Part shown: one piece after another, positions 1 to 14,481 of the stretch
How positions within the stretch are numbered: position 1 is the stretch's first letter
Layout of the letters: every line of letters begins with the position of its first letter
DNA from: Schmidtea polychroa
Lineage: Eukaryota
NCBI GenBank assembly: GCA_044892525.1
Contig: CM097885.1
Span: forward strand, 12,960,001-13,024,000
Direction: 5' to 3'
DNA: 64,000 nucleotides
Made by a program: the position numbers and the translations under genes
Notes under the pieces: generated by a model
The model's input: the letters and a program-made list of their open reading frames with translations, nothing else
The model's database searches: none
What the model was told of the DNA's origin: nothing

Positions 1-1299
1 ATATACGGAAACAATAATGGTGTAATGGTTTTGATTTAATGAGTTAATTAAATAAAGGTAGTATTTTCTAAATTTCTAAAAATAATCATTTGGTCACCTA
101 ATTTAATTTATCGAAATCAGAATTAATTTTAGTTAGTATAATTTAATTAATAATTATCAGAATTAATTGAAATCGGTTAAATTTAATTAATAATACTTAG
201 AAATTATTTTAATGCCGCAATGATAGAAAATAAATATTGTGGATCGTATACAATTCACAATGCGTTCAACTTGTTAATTAACAATACTTTGATTATTAAT
301 TAAAAAGCCAACTAGTCTGTTGTATTTTACTCCATCAGGAGATATTAAGGAATTGTAAAAACAGCAATGCAAAATTTATTTGGAATCGCAAGAAAAGCAT
401 GACTGGGATTCATCCGACAATTACAAGTCATGTGTTCCTTCAATGTGGATGGTAAAAATTAATGAACAACAATGGGAAAAAAGTTCATATATGTATGAAT
501 TGGACAAAAAATTATATATGCAAACTTGTTATTGGAATAGCGAAACGCGTAAATCTGTGTAAGATATCTCGGAATGCTTCAAATATACTCTTTGGTTTCA
601 AGAATGGCCAAGACCGACCAGTTTTAACAAAAAAACGCGACAAATTATTCACATAAAAGGGAATTAGCAAAGTTATATCTAAATATTTTGGTTAAGTCAT
701 AGAGAACGATAATGAAACTTAAGTTATTAAGATTTGTGTGGTTGCAATTGCGGTAACATTACATTTTACTCAACGTTTCTCAGTCCCTTTCCAGCTAGTT
801 GGGATCGAGCAGATATCGCAGTTCCTCATCAGTACTGGAAATTTCTTTTCAGTGATTGTTTGTGTCTACGTCATTTAACGAGTTTGCAAAATGGATCATT
901 ATCGTGAGGATTCAGTATTAATGCAAGAAATATTGAACTACGTTTCTGAAATCTTTAAAACATTCATACAAAATTTATTGAGCGTTAAAAATATTGCTCA
1001 AATTTATCGATATTCACAAATTTCAGATTGAACGGATGAATAACATAAATTCAGCTGTCTTTTGAACCAATTCGGCTGTTATCTAGCACTTAGATTTCGA
1101 CGGTAATCTTTATCATAACTGGATGTATTTGATTTACCTAATTTATTCAATAATGCCTGGAACTGACTAAGAAAGAAACATGATAAACCAATCAAACCAA
1201 TTGTTTTTAACATTTACACGTATGGTTGTTTATATGCATAAATTAAATAATCTGATTGGCTGGCGTATGTATTTATAATTCCATTTTTTGTTAAATGGG

Positions 1300-2092
1300 T
1301 GAGGTGGAATACAGAAGTGTGATAAAATTCTATTCTTTGTGTTGATAAAATTCTATGAAATATTTCGTGATAAGGCAATTGCATATGGCAAGAAATGTCC
1401 TTCTAGATCAACTTTATATCGTTGGATATCATTATCCAAGTATGGACATGAAAGTTTGCACCAGCATTATTCCAATGTTGGCAAACAAACTGAAATTTCC
1501 GATCAAAAGATCACGTGATGTGAGGCGATTATTCGAGCTGAAAGACGAATTAAGGTGGGTGAAATTGCAAAATTACTTAAAATAAGTGTTGGCAGTTGTC
1601 ACAACATCATTGGAAAATTAGGCTATCACAAATTATGCTCACGAAAAAAACGGAAATCAAGAAATATTCAACTTTGGCTCCTTGTTGATAATGCTCCTGT
1701 CCATTGAAGCAATGTTGCACAATGTTCAACAGAAAAGAGTGGTTTTAGACTTCTCCAACACCCACCTTACAGCCCAGACCTTGCTCCGAGTGACTACTTT
1801 TTGTTCAAACACTTGAAGAAAGCATTACGTTGCCATCATTTTGAGACATCAGATGCACTCCAGCAATTTGTTGAACTGTGGTTTCCAAAGCTTCCTGGAC
1901 ATTTTTTTACTGATGCATTTAGAGATTTGGTTATTCGATGAAATAAGCTGGTTGCTGCCAATGGAAGTTATATAGAAAAATAATTAAATGTGTTTTTCGA
2001 ACCAGTATTTGATGCAGTTCAATAAAAGTTGTTTCAGTTTTTGTGTTGTGTTTTTTTCGTAGTTAGTCCGATGGATTATTGAACGACCTACG
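1300..2092 (+). mobile_element. Degenerate mariner (DD34D) transposon, 5'-truncated
   Basis: ~1680-1820 reads LLVDNAPVH ... HPPYSPDLAPSDYFLFKHLKK (mariner catalytic motif), with stops and frameshifts. The right end ...TTATTGAACGACCTACG|TA resembles a mariner TIR plus TA. The left boundary is approximate. Confidence 0.85.
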
Positions 2093-4316
2093 TATAACGC
2101 ATATTGTCTGGCGCGACCATTGGAAACATAGTCGGTCTTGTCATACGGGTTCTTATAAAACACCAGCATTCCGAAATTCTGATTTCATTTTGTTTTTAAT
2201 TGGGCGGGGGGGTTGCTTACATTGGTTTAGTTGTGCCTAATATTCCATTATATTAGTGAGACTATTTCGTTTGGAAGAAGATTAATTTTTACTTTACTAA
2301 GGTCGCCACCATCATTTGGTGTGACCTTTGAGAGCCCATACAAATAACTCAAGCTAGACTTTTGACAAATAATAAACAAGTCTAGCGAATACTGTAAGTC
2401 ATTTACATTACCTATCCAACATTTACCTATTTATACGACAAATATACATAATAACTTGAAACTCTCTACACTCGCTAAAATTCATTTATTCAAATGGGTT
2501 TTCTCATTGAATTTTGGTCAGATGAACCCTTAGTGTAGTCTACATAGAAGCTTTAAGACTTCAAATCTTCCTATTTTATTTATCTTGTCGATGGCTCCAC
2601 AAAAAAATATTGCAACTTTCAAAATGCAAATTTATTCAAGTTTCGAAAAGTTACAAAATTTGCAAATGCATAACGTCGGTATTTATACCTGATTTTATGT
2701 GTCCATGCATTAATGCATTAAAACAAATTTATATATTTTTAATTTATTTATTTATTGTTATAAATTTTATCAATTTTCAAGGCCATTTTTTATTAATTGT
2801 TAATCAATTTGTTTTCTAAATTTTATTATTTATTTAATTTTTATGATTTGCGACTTCATGTTGAATTCTGCAGGACTTGATTTGATTTTTTTTCTTTTTA
2901 ACTTATTTTTATTAATTTTGTTTCTAAATTTATAATTATATCGAATTTCATTTATTCGTGACTTCATCTTGGATTTCACTAATTTGGTACGCATTTTGAT
3001 TATTTATTCCAATTAGATAACATTTATTTCTATTTTTATTTTCTATTTTGCAGTGTCAGTCTTGTATTAGAGTTTATTGTTATTTATTTATATTATATTT
3101 CTGTTATTTTTCTTATAGAATTTCTTGCGTTTGTTATTATTAGCAATGTTTTCTTTGGTACCTTTTGTCGTGCTTTGGATATGACTTGCCTTGATGCTAT
3201 GTTTTCGTGCCACGCTACCGACTAATTTCCACAAAATATCTTTAACATTATTCTTTCCTTGGCAAAATCAGTTTTGCTTAACTTTATTTTTTATTTGTAA
3301 GTATCATATTTAAATAATTATATTTATTTGTGATGAATGAATAAGTTATGAAGAATTTTTAAAAATATGAAAACAATATTTTTCTAACAATTTCTAATTT
3401 TTTTTGAATAATATATTTTTTGTTTAGAATCAAGTTTTTATAAAAATTTTTAAAGTTTTTAAATTATCAAAGCTATTTTAGTTTGTTTACCCTGAAAAAT
3501 TATTAAATCTGAACAAAACCTATGAAGTGATGTAGAGAAAGGATATAGGAGCGGTTTCATTCCAATTTAAATATCCGGTTTTTTTAAAATTAATTTCGTC
3601 GGGGAAAATAGTTTGTTTTAATTATATCATTTAGTCTCAGCGTGGAACAATTTTTGATTGATTGGTTTATTTTAAAATTAATTTTTATAAAAAAATTTTC
3701 ATAGATTCTCCGGCAATGAATTGCGGGCTTTAGCAAAACTTAATTAAAAAATATTTTTAATTCAAATGACAAAATTAATTTTATAATTATAATTATATTA
3801 TATTTTTTTATTTAATAAAAATGCACACAAGTTGCGATGTTAAGTGAAAATATTCCAAGAGATTAATTTAGTAAGTAGAAACTATTTACAGACATTTGAC
3901 AGTAAAATTCAAAGATTTAATGCGATATTTGTCACAAAAATATTCGAGAGAAATGATTTGCTTTTGGTTATTGCAAGTTGCGTTTTCGCAGTAATCTTTG
4001 CTTCAGTGAAATATAAAGGATTTGTATTAAAATTTTGAAAAATAGCATACATTTGTTTAAATCATCGAATATTAAGTGTATGTTATTTATCTTGTTACAC
4101 TCTGGTTTAATTTCATAAGTTGTATTTTTGAACGTATCATTATGATTACTTCTATTAAATTTAGCCTTATTAAAATTGTATCTTTCGCAATCTTCCTCTT
4201 TTTTAAGTTATTAACTAAGCTTTAGGTTACAACTCAATGGATTAAAATGGTGTTATTCATTAGATATATTTTTTGAGATCAAAAAATGAAGTTACCGAAC
4301 CTTTACAGGTTTATTT

Positions 4317-4569
4317 ATAAATATATACAAAATTATTCATAAATATATACAAAATTATTCATAAATATATACAAAATTATTCATAAATATATACAAAATT
4401 ATTCATAGATATGTACAAAATTATTCATAAATATATACAAAATTATTCATAAATATATACAAAATTATTCATAAATATATACAAAATTATTCATAGATAT
4501 GTACAAAATTATTCATAAATATATACAAAATTATTCATAAATATATACAAAATTATTCATAAATATATA
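4317..4569. repeat. 22-bp minisatellite (ATAAATATATACAAAATTATTC), ~11.5 copies
   Basis: Tandem repeat visible directly; two copies carry the variant ATAGATATGTAC. Confidence 0.95.
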
Positions 4570-4722
4570 AAAACATGCCATTTTAAATATATATTATTCA
4601 AAATAAGATTACCAAACATTAATAAAAGTTTAAAAATTTCAATAAAGTACTAAATTAAATAAAACATCAATTTATCCTAATTAATCTTTTAAAATTCATA
4701 ATCTAATAAATACCTATATTTT

Positions 4723-5694
4723 ATGGACCAAAGGATGAACGCAGAAGAATTTGAATCAAACGAAAGCCAAAGAAAAGCCAGAAAACCTAGGCAACAAATA
4801 TCGTTTGATATATTGAAAAGGATTGGAAGAAGAGTTTTCTATTAAACATATCGCTGAAGATGCTGATATATCCTTAAAAACAGCATCCAATATTGTCGAT
4901 AAAATTTCAGAAGAGATGACAAATGAACAAATATTATCGAAGAAAAAAGGAAGACCTGTTAAAGATGAAAGCATAACAAAAACGAAATTATCCGAACTTT
5001 TATTGAAAGATTCTTTTTTTTCCCAAAAAGAAATTCAAATTGAACTGAGAAAACTTAGGATTAGAAAATCGTAAAGTACTATATGTGGGGATTTAAGGAT
5101 AGTGGGGTATACTCGGAAAAATTAGTTCGGGTGCCTGAAGATCGAAATTCAGAAAAAAATATAAATCTCCGACAGGCATATGGAAGAATGATAAGTTTTG
5201 TTCCAGATGATAATTTAATATTATATATGAAATTGGTGTAAATCTACGCCAAAGCATAATCTACGGCAACTCTCCCAAAAAAAAATAAAAAAATAATTGG
5301 CTTTAAAGTAAAAAATAGTCCTTTTGATGGAATTGTATTTATTCAATTTATAAATGAATTTTTGATACTACACTTTTTAATGCATCCTAATGATGTATTA
5401 GTCCTTGATAATTGTAGCTTTCACAAAAGAAGTGATATAATTAATTTACTTAATCAACATGGCATTAATCATGGATTTTTACCTCCGTATTCTCCACAGC
5501 TACATCCTATAGAGGAATAGTTTAGCTACATTAAGTCCCGGTTAAATAACCAAGAGAATAATATAAGCAACGGAAATGATTTTAATCTTAATATTTTGGA
5601 AATACTGAGTGAAGAGTTTGTAGATTTTTCCAGTTGGTTCAGGAATATGCGTAGGAATGTAGAAAAGGCTTTATCGAGGCAGAATTTTATTTAA
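4723..5694 (+). pseudogene. Degenerate Tc1/IS630-like DDE transposase
   Basis: HTH-like N-terminal ORF 4823-5074 (KKKGRP). Downstream frames give VLVLDNCSFH (~5395) and FLPPYSPQLHPIEE (~5476). Multiple stops and frameshifts. Confidence 0.8.
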
Positions 5695-5717
5695 TAATTA
5701 GTTATATTGTTCTCAAG

Positions 5718-5780
5718 CAGGGGTGGGCAAAGCCGCCCGCGGGCCGTATCCGGCCCGTTGAAAATTCCCGCATGCAATTT
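5718..5780. mobile_element. hAT (Charlie/Buster-like) terminus
   Basis: CAGGGGTGGGCAAAGCCGCCCGCGGGCCGTATCCGGCCCG resembles the terminal sequence typical of this hAT group. No partner end was found. Confidence 0.55.
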
Positions 5781-8458
5781 TTTAAATCTCTTTCATGAGA
5801 TTTTGTTGAAATCAAAAGTATTAGTGTGCGTAGTCTACATATAAATAATGAAAAATATAAATAATAGACAGTATTATAATTTTGAACAGCCGTAACCATA
5901 CTACTTTAATGTATGCAACATACTCTAACAAAGCGCGTGGTTGACTGACTACATAAAATTGAACGTGTACTCCTCTCACTCTTTGAGGAATGACAGATCA
6001 CAGCACGCGTACTGTTTATTTTGATTTAGCACTGGTCATATACTCGTCGTCATTTCTTTTAAGATCACGTTTCGCATTAACTATAAGTATTCTATTTTAA
6101 CGTTTGATGTTTATCTTTTCTTTTTAAAATTCTATTTACTATTATATTTACAAAATGCAATATAAACATAAAAATGTAATAATTATGTATCAATATTAAT
6201 TTTTTTGTATCGTTAAGATATAAATAAATAACAAAATAAAATTTGTCATTAACTGTTTTATTTAATGATCATTAATTTAATATAATGCATCATATTTCTT
6301 TAAAATTACGTGACATATTTTACTGGCACAAATTGTTAGCATGTACACCCAAGTAAGACAATTTTTTGGACGGGAAAAACTCCACCCAAAGCATTCTATT
6401 TTTTTTATAAATAATACTTTTTTATTTTATTTTTTATTCAAATTTTGTATATTTTAATGAATAAACCTGTATTTATATTCCAACATATTTCAATGCCTAA
6501 TTACTGCCAACACATGCTTTCACAGTTTGTAATGAGAGCGACAGGATGTTGCTTGTCCATTGATGTTATTATTGTTATGTATTTTTCATTCGATCTCCCT
6601 TTACAATATTAATTATTATGTATGATCTTTAAAAAATTAAATAATGAAATGAAATTGAAAAAACAATAATAAAAACAAAAGTAAATAAATAAATCAGCAA
6701 TAATAGAGAAACCAGAATGATTCCAAATAGAAAAATAACGGAAAAATTATAAAAACTAGTATGCCATATTAAATTTCATATTTCCTTCTGGCATTGAGAT
6801 TTTATTACTGTATTTCCAGTCTAATTATTTGCCTCAAACTTGTTTTATGATTTGACGTAGGCCTTTAATGTCATTGAGATGGAACATTTGCGATTGAAAG
6901 GAAGAATGAAAATGGAAAATCAAAGTCTTGATCTTAGTTTTAGACATTTGGCAGCAATTTTGAGATTTTTGTGCTTTGTCGAAAAATCAACTCAAACAAT
7001 TTATTATAAAATATCATTGGAAGGGAAAACAAAAATATTCACAAAAGTAAAATAAACCGCATTGTACCTAAAAATATACATAAACAACCACAACTGTCTG
7101 TAAGTTAAGGAAATCAGTAATAATACTTCATCTGGTTACAAAACAGGCAACGATTCTCTGAGGTATATTTCCAATTAGGCTCATGTTGGCTTATAAGACA
7201 GTTGTATCATTATTCCAGCAGTCTTTGATACGATCTCTCAAAGTCTTCTTACTGACATAGGAAGTTTGAGTATTTTTCAAAGTTTTTGATTAGGACAGTA
7301 AGAAGGACAGTAAATCCCTTATTTGAACATTTTCATTGTTGATCTTTTAAGTAACAATGAATGACCTTTAGTAGGGACCATTGCTTTGTTGGAAGACGCC
7401 ATTATCATTAGGGTGTCATTGGGATCTCATTGGTTCAAACCCCTGTTGACCAGAACGCACAAGTGAACTCACAATAAAAAGGCTGACATAACTCGCAAGT
7501 AAGTTTGAATCTTTTTAATATTATATTTCTTTATTACCATAAATAATAAAATCAGCATTCTATTGGGAATAAGCCACACCAAAGATTTACGCAGAATTAT
7601 TTCGTTTACAATTTTCAAAGCATGTTTCCATTTTATATGCCAAATTGTAACCGACATTCTTGCAAAATTTATTTACTGAATGTAATAAATAAAATAAAAA
7701 AGCATTATCAATTTGATGTTGGTTTGATGTTGGTTTGTGTGCAGCACCTTGCTTTCAAATCTATCACACCATTCGAAAAGTCTGATGTCGAACTTATATA
7801 AAATTGAATATTGACTATATTTTGATTCTCAAAACACTTATTTCTTGCCTTTTTATATTACTAACATAGTTTCAAAATTGTGTTTTTGTCAAAAAACAAA
7901 CAAAATTAAAATTTTCCATTTTGTTGGTTTTTTTTAAAAATAACTCCACATTATGCAAACACTATGAAAATAAAATTCCACATTAAAGGGGTTAATATAG
8001 CCATACAGACCCACAAGATTTATGTCAACATTAATCACTGATTTGAGAGTGCATTTGAGTATTCATTGGCAGAAGATTGAGTAGCAAGGAGAAATAAGGC
8101 AGGTGGCAGTTATAATGAGAAAATGCACAAATTAGAGCTGAAACACTAAATGGTGCAATCCATTTGGTTATTATCCCCGTTAAGAGACAACCAACTGGAT
8201 ATCTAAGAATTCATGTATATTGTCAGTGTAAAATTTAATAATAAAAATCTAATAAAAAAGTAATCTGAATTCTAGTTAAAATTTCTTAAGATCGATAACT
8301 TTCCTGAGGAAATGAAGAATGAAATATATTTTGGTGGAAATATAGGTTGTTGATAGAGAATATTATGAAACATTTTCCCCTGATTTTATTTAGCATTTGT
8401 AAAACAAATAATCATAACGCGAGAGAAGATATTTTATACATGTTATAAAAATATTTAA

Positions 8459-8833
8459 GGTACTTCCGTGTTATCTTACCTCCAAAAATTAAATTATAAA
8501 ATACAATTAAAATAACAATATAAAAAATGAGAGAATACATTATTGATGACGTTATTGAACATTATTGAACATGAATTTATTAAGGCTATCTGTCATTTAT
8601 GTGATTATGTGATTATGTGAGTTTATGTGGCGCAAACATGTTTTAAGCAACAGTGCCGATGTGTTCGACACTATTCTCAACGACATTGTGGTTTTCTGGC
8701 CACCTGGATGACCATTTACAAACTCTTTACAAACATTTGCTGAGTTTGTAACTGTGATTTAGAAAATAAATATAATAATTATATGTGTTCTTTTTTAATT
8801 TAATTTCTGGGGGTAAGATAACACGGAAGTACC
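8459..8833 (+). mobile_element. Internally deleted Merlin element (375 bp)
   Basis: ~37-bp TIRs (GGTACTTCCGTGTTATCTTACC...), perfect 8-bp TSD ATATTTAA (8451-8458, 8834-8841). Internal remnant LCEFMWRKH...DVFDTILNDIVVFWPP resembles the Merlin/IS1016 transposase C-terminus. Confidence 0.88.
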
Positions 8834-8979
8834 ATATTTAATTTTATTTACAACACATTACAAAATATATATTATTTAAACAAAGTAATTTCCAATTAAT
8901 TTACGTGAATAATTTAATTAAATATAAATAATATTCTGCTCAATGTCATCATTAAATTTCAACATACCACAAACATCTA

Positions 8980-10312
8980 CCCTGTTTTTGGTTATAACTT
9001 TTAAGTTAGCTTAGAAATTTTTTAAAGTTTTTTTTCGACCAAAATACCTTTAGTAAAAAATAATATCTTATTAAAAGGTAAGTGCTTTGTAAAAAAAATT
9101 TTCATTTAAACGTCTTCGTCATCGTTTGCAAACATCTTGTCGTCCCAAAAAATATCAATAATCTGATCACGAATATTTCCTTCTCCGTCTACTTCCGCTT
9201 TTTCATTAGTTTCCTCTTCTTCCATAGCTTCTTCACCAAGTTCACCTATTTATTCATCATAAACTTCAATTAATGTTTTCTTAAATCTATTCCTGATGAA
9301 AGAAACCTGAACTGCATTCTATGCCTCAGATACCCAACGACAAGTCTCTTCATAAAGAGCTCGCTTGAAGTTACCATATTTCGCGTATTCTTTAAATCCA
9401 TTCACCATGCAATTTTCCCAGTGTCGACGCAAATGACTCTTAAAATATTTATTAACGATAATGTCTAATAATTGCAACTTCTTCGTCAATCCACCAAGAA
9501 GAAGAAAAATATGATGTCCAGGAGGTCCAAAGCATAAGAAATTATTTTCGATTGAACGACATTTTTTCTTCATCTAGACTTTATCGTGCCACATCTGAGT
9601 CTCATTGGAAGTCATGCAAGATTTTGCATTTAGCGACACGATGATATTCGATGGGAATGAGCTTATTGGAACGGTTTGTACCGAAAAATTGCATATGCTA
9701 GTAGCTTTGATCCATATGCAGTAACACAAAGAACAACAGTGAAACAAGTTTTTTCTGCTCTAGTTGTCGTGATACGAACATCCAATGAACCCCTTGGTTC
9801 GACTGTAAATTTGGAACGCATATGAAAAGTTATGGGGACCTAGTCCATGTTTCCTATGTGCTGAAGTCAATAATTAACCTTAATCTGTATTATGAAGTTA
9901 ACGAAACTCGCCATTTTATCCTTCCAATCCTTTGGGATAATTCTTTTCACTACTTTGCCTTCTTTATTTCCTTTCGATTCCATGATTTCCTTTTGAATCT
10001 TCCACCAATTGATAAGACTTAAATGAACTCCTTAATGCTCATCTGTCTTTGAATTTGACTTATTTTGCGCGTAATTCACGGCCCCAGGCTTAAACTGCAG
10101 CATATAAGTCTTACACTTTTTCTCTGACATGCTTTACCCAAATAAATGTATTTAAATTATTTAAATATTTTGTTTACAAATTTTTTTGGCGGAAATTTCA
10201 AAAATATTTTTCATAAATCTGGTAGCTTAGCAAAAAATATAAAAGTTTTGGGCTTAAAAAAACTTACTAACCTATTAGCTTAGTAAACAATACTTATAAA
10301 CCAAAAACAGGG
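8980..10312 (-). mobile_element. Degenerate pogo/Tc2-like transposon (DDE_1 transposase pseudogene)
   Basis: TIRs CCCTGTTTTTGGTT(T)ATAA flanked by TA on both sides. Minus-strand remnants EKTCFTVVLCVTAYGSKL and GGLTKKLQLLDIIVNKYFKSHLR resemble POGK-type DDE_1 motifs. Confidence 0.85.
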
Positions 10313-10373
10313 TAAATATTGATAAATATACCTATATTATAGATAGTAAAAATATATGAAATAAATATGATTA

Positions 10374-10728
10374 CAGTAAGCCATCCTGTAAGGCGTCAGT
10401 CTTGTAACGCGTTTTCGCTACAACGGAATGTTTTCGTGTAACGAGATTGTTTTTCTTCCAACGCGATTTTTGTACAAATTTACTTTTTCAGAGACGTTAT
10501 CTTTTCCCATCGTTTGTGATGTACATTCTAGTTTGTTTTCAGTCATAGAACAAAACGGATCACAACAATTATTTTTATTTTACAGTGAATATCAGCGAAT
10601 AAACAGTGCTTCTTATTTGGAACTGGCCTCTACTTATTTCTTATAAAGTGTATATCTCTTTCAACGCGATTTTCTTCTACGTGGCATTTTCTGAGAACGT
10701 ATCTCGCGTGTTGTGACAGGTCTGACTG
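10374..10728. mobile_element. Tigger-like MITE
   Basis: TA|CAGT...ACTG|TA ends with imperfect, GC-richer subterminal inverted similarity. Confidence 0.45.
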
Positions 10729-11452
10729 TATATCATTTCCATTTTGAAATTCAAAAATTAAATTGTTAATCTATTAGAAAGAAAGCGAAAAGCAATAAAA
10801 ATGGTGGGAGGGGTTGGCATGTAATGGTACCACATATGGAATTTATATGTGCACCGAATGATCACCCTTAATTAATGTCACTTTTATATAAAAGTGGCAC
10901 TGTCGATTCAACAACGAACACAAATTAAAAATGAATTAAATCTAAAATTCTATTTTTATCAATCCAAAATTAATCACAGGATCTGTTTCTGATCGAATAC
11001 TTTTTATGTTATCATGCTGATTTTCAGAAAAAGATTTTCATTTATGAAATTAGAATTTGTTTTCGGAACTGAAATTGATTAAAAATATTTAAGGCTTCCT
11101 TGGAATTCACATTAAAACTACGAAAATTTAATTGAAATGTCGAAAAAAAACATTGAATTAATAAATTTAATTTTTAATTTAGATAAATTTTTTTAAAAAT
11201 TTTTTTCATCACTACTTTTTTAAATTTTCAATTTGTTTAATATTTATCACAAATTTTCGGCACTAAATTTTTTCTGAGTTTGAATGTTTATAAACTTTGA
11301 TGATCTGATAAAAGTAAAACTCCTAAATTATATTAGTTTAATAAAACAAACAAATATTATATATATATATATATATATACATCAATTAATATATGTGAAT
11401 GTTTTCAAATGCAAATTCCAGATCTTTGTGTATTGTTTGCTTTAATTGAGCA

Positions 11453-11825
11453 CAGTGGCGTAGCTAAGGGGGGGGGGTGTTTACACCACCGCCATTGGAT
11501 TTTTCATTTACAATTATTTGTCGACGCCAAGTGCCTAAAAGATCATCCACCTAAATAAGAACTGAACTCTGTAATCTGTACTCTCAGTACATTGTGATCA
11601 TTTATTTTAGTTATTTTTTTCTGATGTCCAATACTTTATCTCCGTACTTTATTGGGTCAGCGAATGACGTCATTATTTAATACTTAGTTTCTTAAGTTTG
11701 TTGTAATATGTTTGTAGACGAAAAGAAAAAAATTAAATTTATACAGATAAGTTTAGACTATAATATTAATAAATATTTCTCAAATCCACCACCCCCTCCT
11801 TCCTAAATTCCTGGCTACACCACTG
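11453..11825. mobile_element. hAT-type MITE
   Basis: TIRs CAGTGGCGTAGCTA / (rc) CAGTGGTGTAGCCA; 8-bp TSD ATTGAGCA / ATTGTGCA (7/8 match). Confidence 0.8.
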
Positions 11826-12465
11826 ATTGTGCATTTTTTATGTATTCTAGAAGCTGATTAACAACGTTGGAGTTTTTTAATTAAGAAATTTTGGAGATGT
11901 TTAACGGCAAATAAAATGGCATAATATTTACTTAAGTCCAATAGTGTGGATTTAATGTTATTATGACACTGGGGTGATATAGCAGTGAAAGGTTCATAAA
12001 GCAGATGTTGATTATTGATTTTATCAATAAATAATTTGAACATTTTTAGTTTATTCTGATCAATAAATATGTAGTGCCTCTGCCTAGCACTTCTATCAAT
12101 TTAATAATTGAACTAAAAATATATTATTAAATTAATTAAATTAAAATTAAAAATTAAAAACAATTGTTTAAATAATCATTCACTTTTCACTCTTTTCAAA
12201 AATCATCATCAAATTCAATTTAAAAAATCATCAAATTCAAACATGTCTAACGAAGTCACTGAAGCCGAACAAGTTGAAGAAGTTTAGGAATCATCAAATC
12301 GAGTCAAAATCAATGGATCAAATATGTCAGAAATACAGGAAACAGAAACCTTCATCTTATTCACAATTATATCTCTGATGATGTTCAAGATCTTCAACAA
12401 TGTCAATTGCAATAATTTCTATGTTCAAATTAATTGTATGTCTCTACAAAATACAACTTATTTAA

Positions 12466-12674
12466 CCCATTAGTTAGTAAATTTTACAGTTCTAATTTTA
12501 AAGGTTGGCATCACCGGACACTTGCAGTTGGTAGATACTAGCAACATAACTCAACTTATCAATTTCCACTGAGTTTTCTATTTTTTTTGTTAAAATTGTA
12601 CATACTATATAACTTATCAATATTAACGTAATTTTGCAAAGAATATTAACTTTAAAAGCCTGGGAGGTAATGGG
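12466..12674. mobile_element. piggyBac-like short element
   Basis: TTAA|CCCATTA ... TAATGGG|TTAA ends; only 7 bp of inverted match. Confidence 0.45.
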
Positions 12675-14177
12675 TTAAAATTTGGGTTAAGATGGTTTAT
12701 CCGAAATTTTCGCTTATCATATAACATAATATTATAGGAACTGATTTTATCTGTTTTTATTTATTTCTTGGTCCTTGATGTTTTTAATTAATAATTGTTG
12801 TTCAGAATAAAATATGTTTAAAAAATCATTAGCATTTTTATGGCTTGAAATAAGTGTTTAATTGCCAGAATACTTATGTTTTTTTATAATGCCTTGAAGT
12901 AATTTTCCTATTTTTGAAAAATAATTTACGATTCTTTGTAGTCGATTGATAAAAGTTATAAAACCATTGAAATTCTGAAGTCAATTGCTTGAAATCCTAT
13001 TTTTTTCCTAAGTATGTGTTAATTCTATATTAACTTGTTTACATAATTGGTCTCCTGGTAGCATCATCAATTCACAAAAATCATTAGTAAAAGATATGAT
13101 AAACCTTTATGGCAAGTTTCCAAAAAAACAAAAAATGAAAATTTTCGATTATGAAATAGTTCTCTTCAATTTACTTTAGAAAATAATTTGAATGTGAAAT
13201 TTGAAGATACTTTTATTTGAATTATCTGCCTCTTGATAAGATTTTGATTTTTTTCCAAAATAAAATTTTTTCTGATATTATGATTTTTTTTTAAAAATTT
13301 AAATTTTAAAATTTCAAAAATAATTATTATATTTTTAAAAATTTTTTTCTACACTATTTCGGATTTGATATTTTTGTAATCCTTGAAAATTAGATTATTT
13401 AATTTTATAAAATTTCAAAAACGGAACCACACAATATATAATTCTATACAATAAATAATTCGAACACGCTACAGAATTCTCAAATAAAAATTAAAAATTA
13501 CGTTTTTAAATTTTCAAAATTTTTTAAAAAGCTCATCTTTAGAATATATTAACTGAATAAATACTTAATTTGAATATATTTTAATGTTTTCCGCTGTCAA
13601 AAACAATTCATATAAAATTTATATTACAAAATTTGTGTTAAATAAAAGTGGTTTTAAAATTGTTAATTTTAAAATATTATTTAAATTAAATTTTAAAAAT
13701 TTGGCAATTGAAAATCAATATTCAAACAATTTGACCACTCGTTTTTATATATATTAAATTTATTAATTTTAATATTAAATTGAAATTATATATTCGATAT
13801 GTTAACCCTATTTGAAAAATAACTGGCAAAAAAATTTAATTTTTCAAAGAAAATACATTTTTGTACCACATTTTGATCAAAAATATTTAAAATATTCCAA
13901 ATTACTTAAAATTTCTATTTTTATAGTATATACCGAAGCTCACATTATTTAGAATGTGCACAATATGTCCCGTTTAGCGCGATGGTTTAAAATGATAATT
14001 AATTTTAATTTCAATAACAAAAAAGGAAAATAAAATTTTTTTTTAAATGAAAACTTAAATTGATGATATTTATAGAAATTTTGTCGCCTTTTATGACCCA
14101 ATATGCAGAAAACAAAAATTTAATTTCTTTCAGCCAAAAGTTCTGTTAGTATTAACTACAATAAATTTTTATTTTAG

Positions 14178-14481
14178 ATTGAAAAACAGACATAAATCAG
14201 AGATTAAATACCACTTGCCAATTGAATTTACCAAATCTCTTGACAACTATTCTGATCATACTCCTAATTTTGTCTACGAATGTACCCATTCAAAGACTAA
14301 TCCCATGCCAATTGACAAATTCCAGCTTACTTGCCTGAGCCCTTCTCAGATTTATAAGCCAAACAATCCAGTTGTTGCTGACAAGCGTCAGATGCTGACA
14401 ATTGACAATAAAGATGGTCTTCGTTCTTCAATCGTTTCGAAACGTAAATCGGAATTCCTAGAGAAAGAATCGTGTTTATGA
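14178..14481 (+). CDS. Probable terminal coding exon of an unidentified host gene
   Basis: A polypyrimidine tract and TAG acceptor end at 14177, followed by a 100-codon open frame ending ...EKESCL* and AATAAA ~30 nt downstream. Upstream exons were not identified. Confidence 0.4.

Noticed and set aside
380..1180. Possible exons or decayed ORFs at the window start (also 6850-7680, 17200-18350, 27252-27452)
   Set aside because: No recognisable motif or consistent splice model could be supported by eye.
4317..4569. Possible CRISPR-like array
   Set aside because: Head-to-tail 22-bp units with no unique spacers, in a eukaryotic context.
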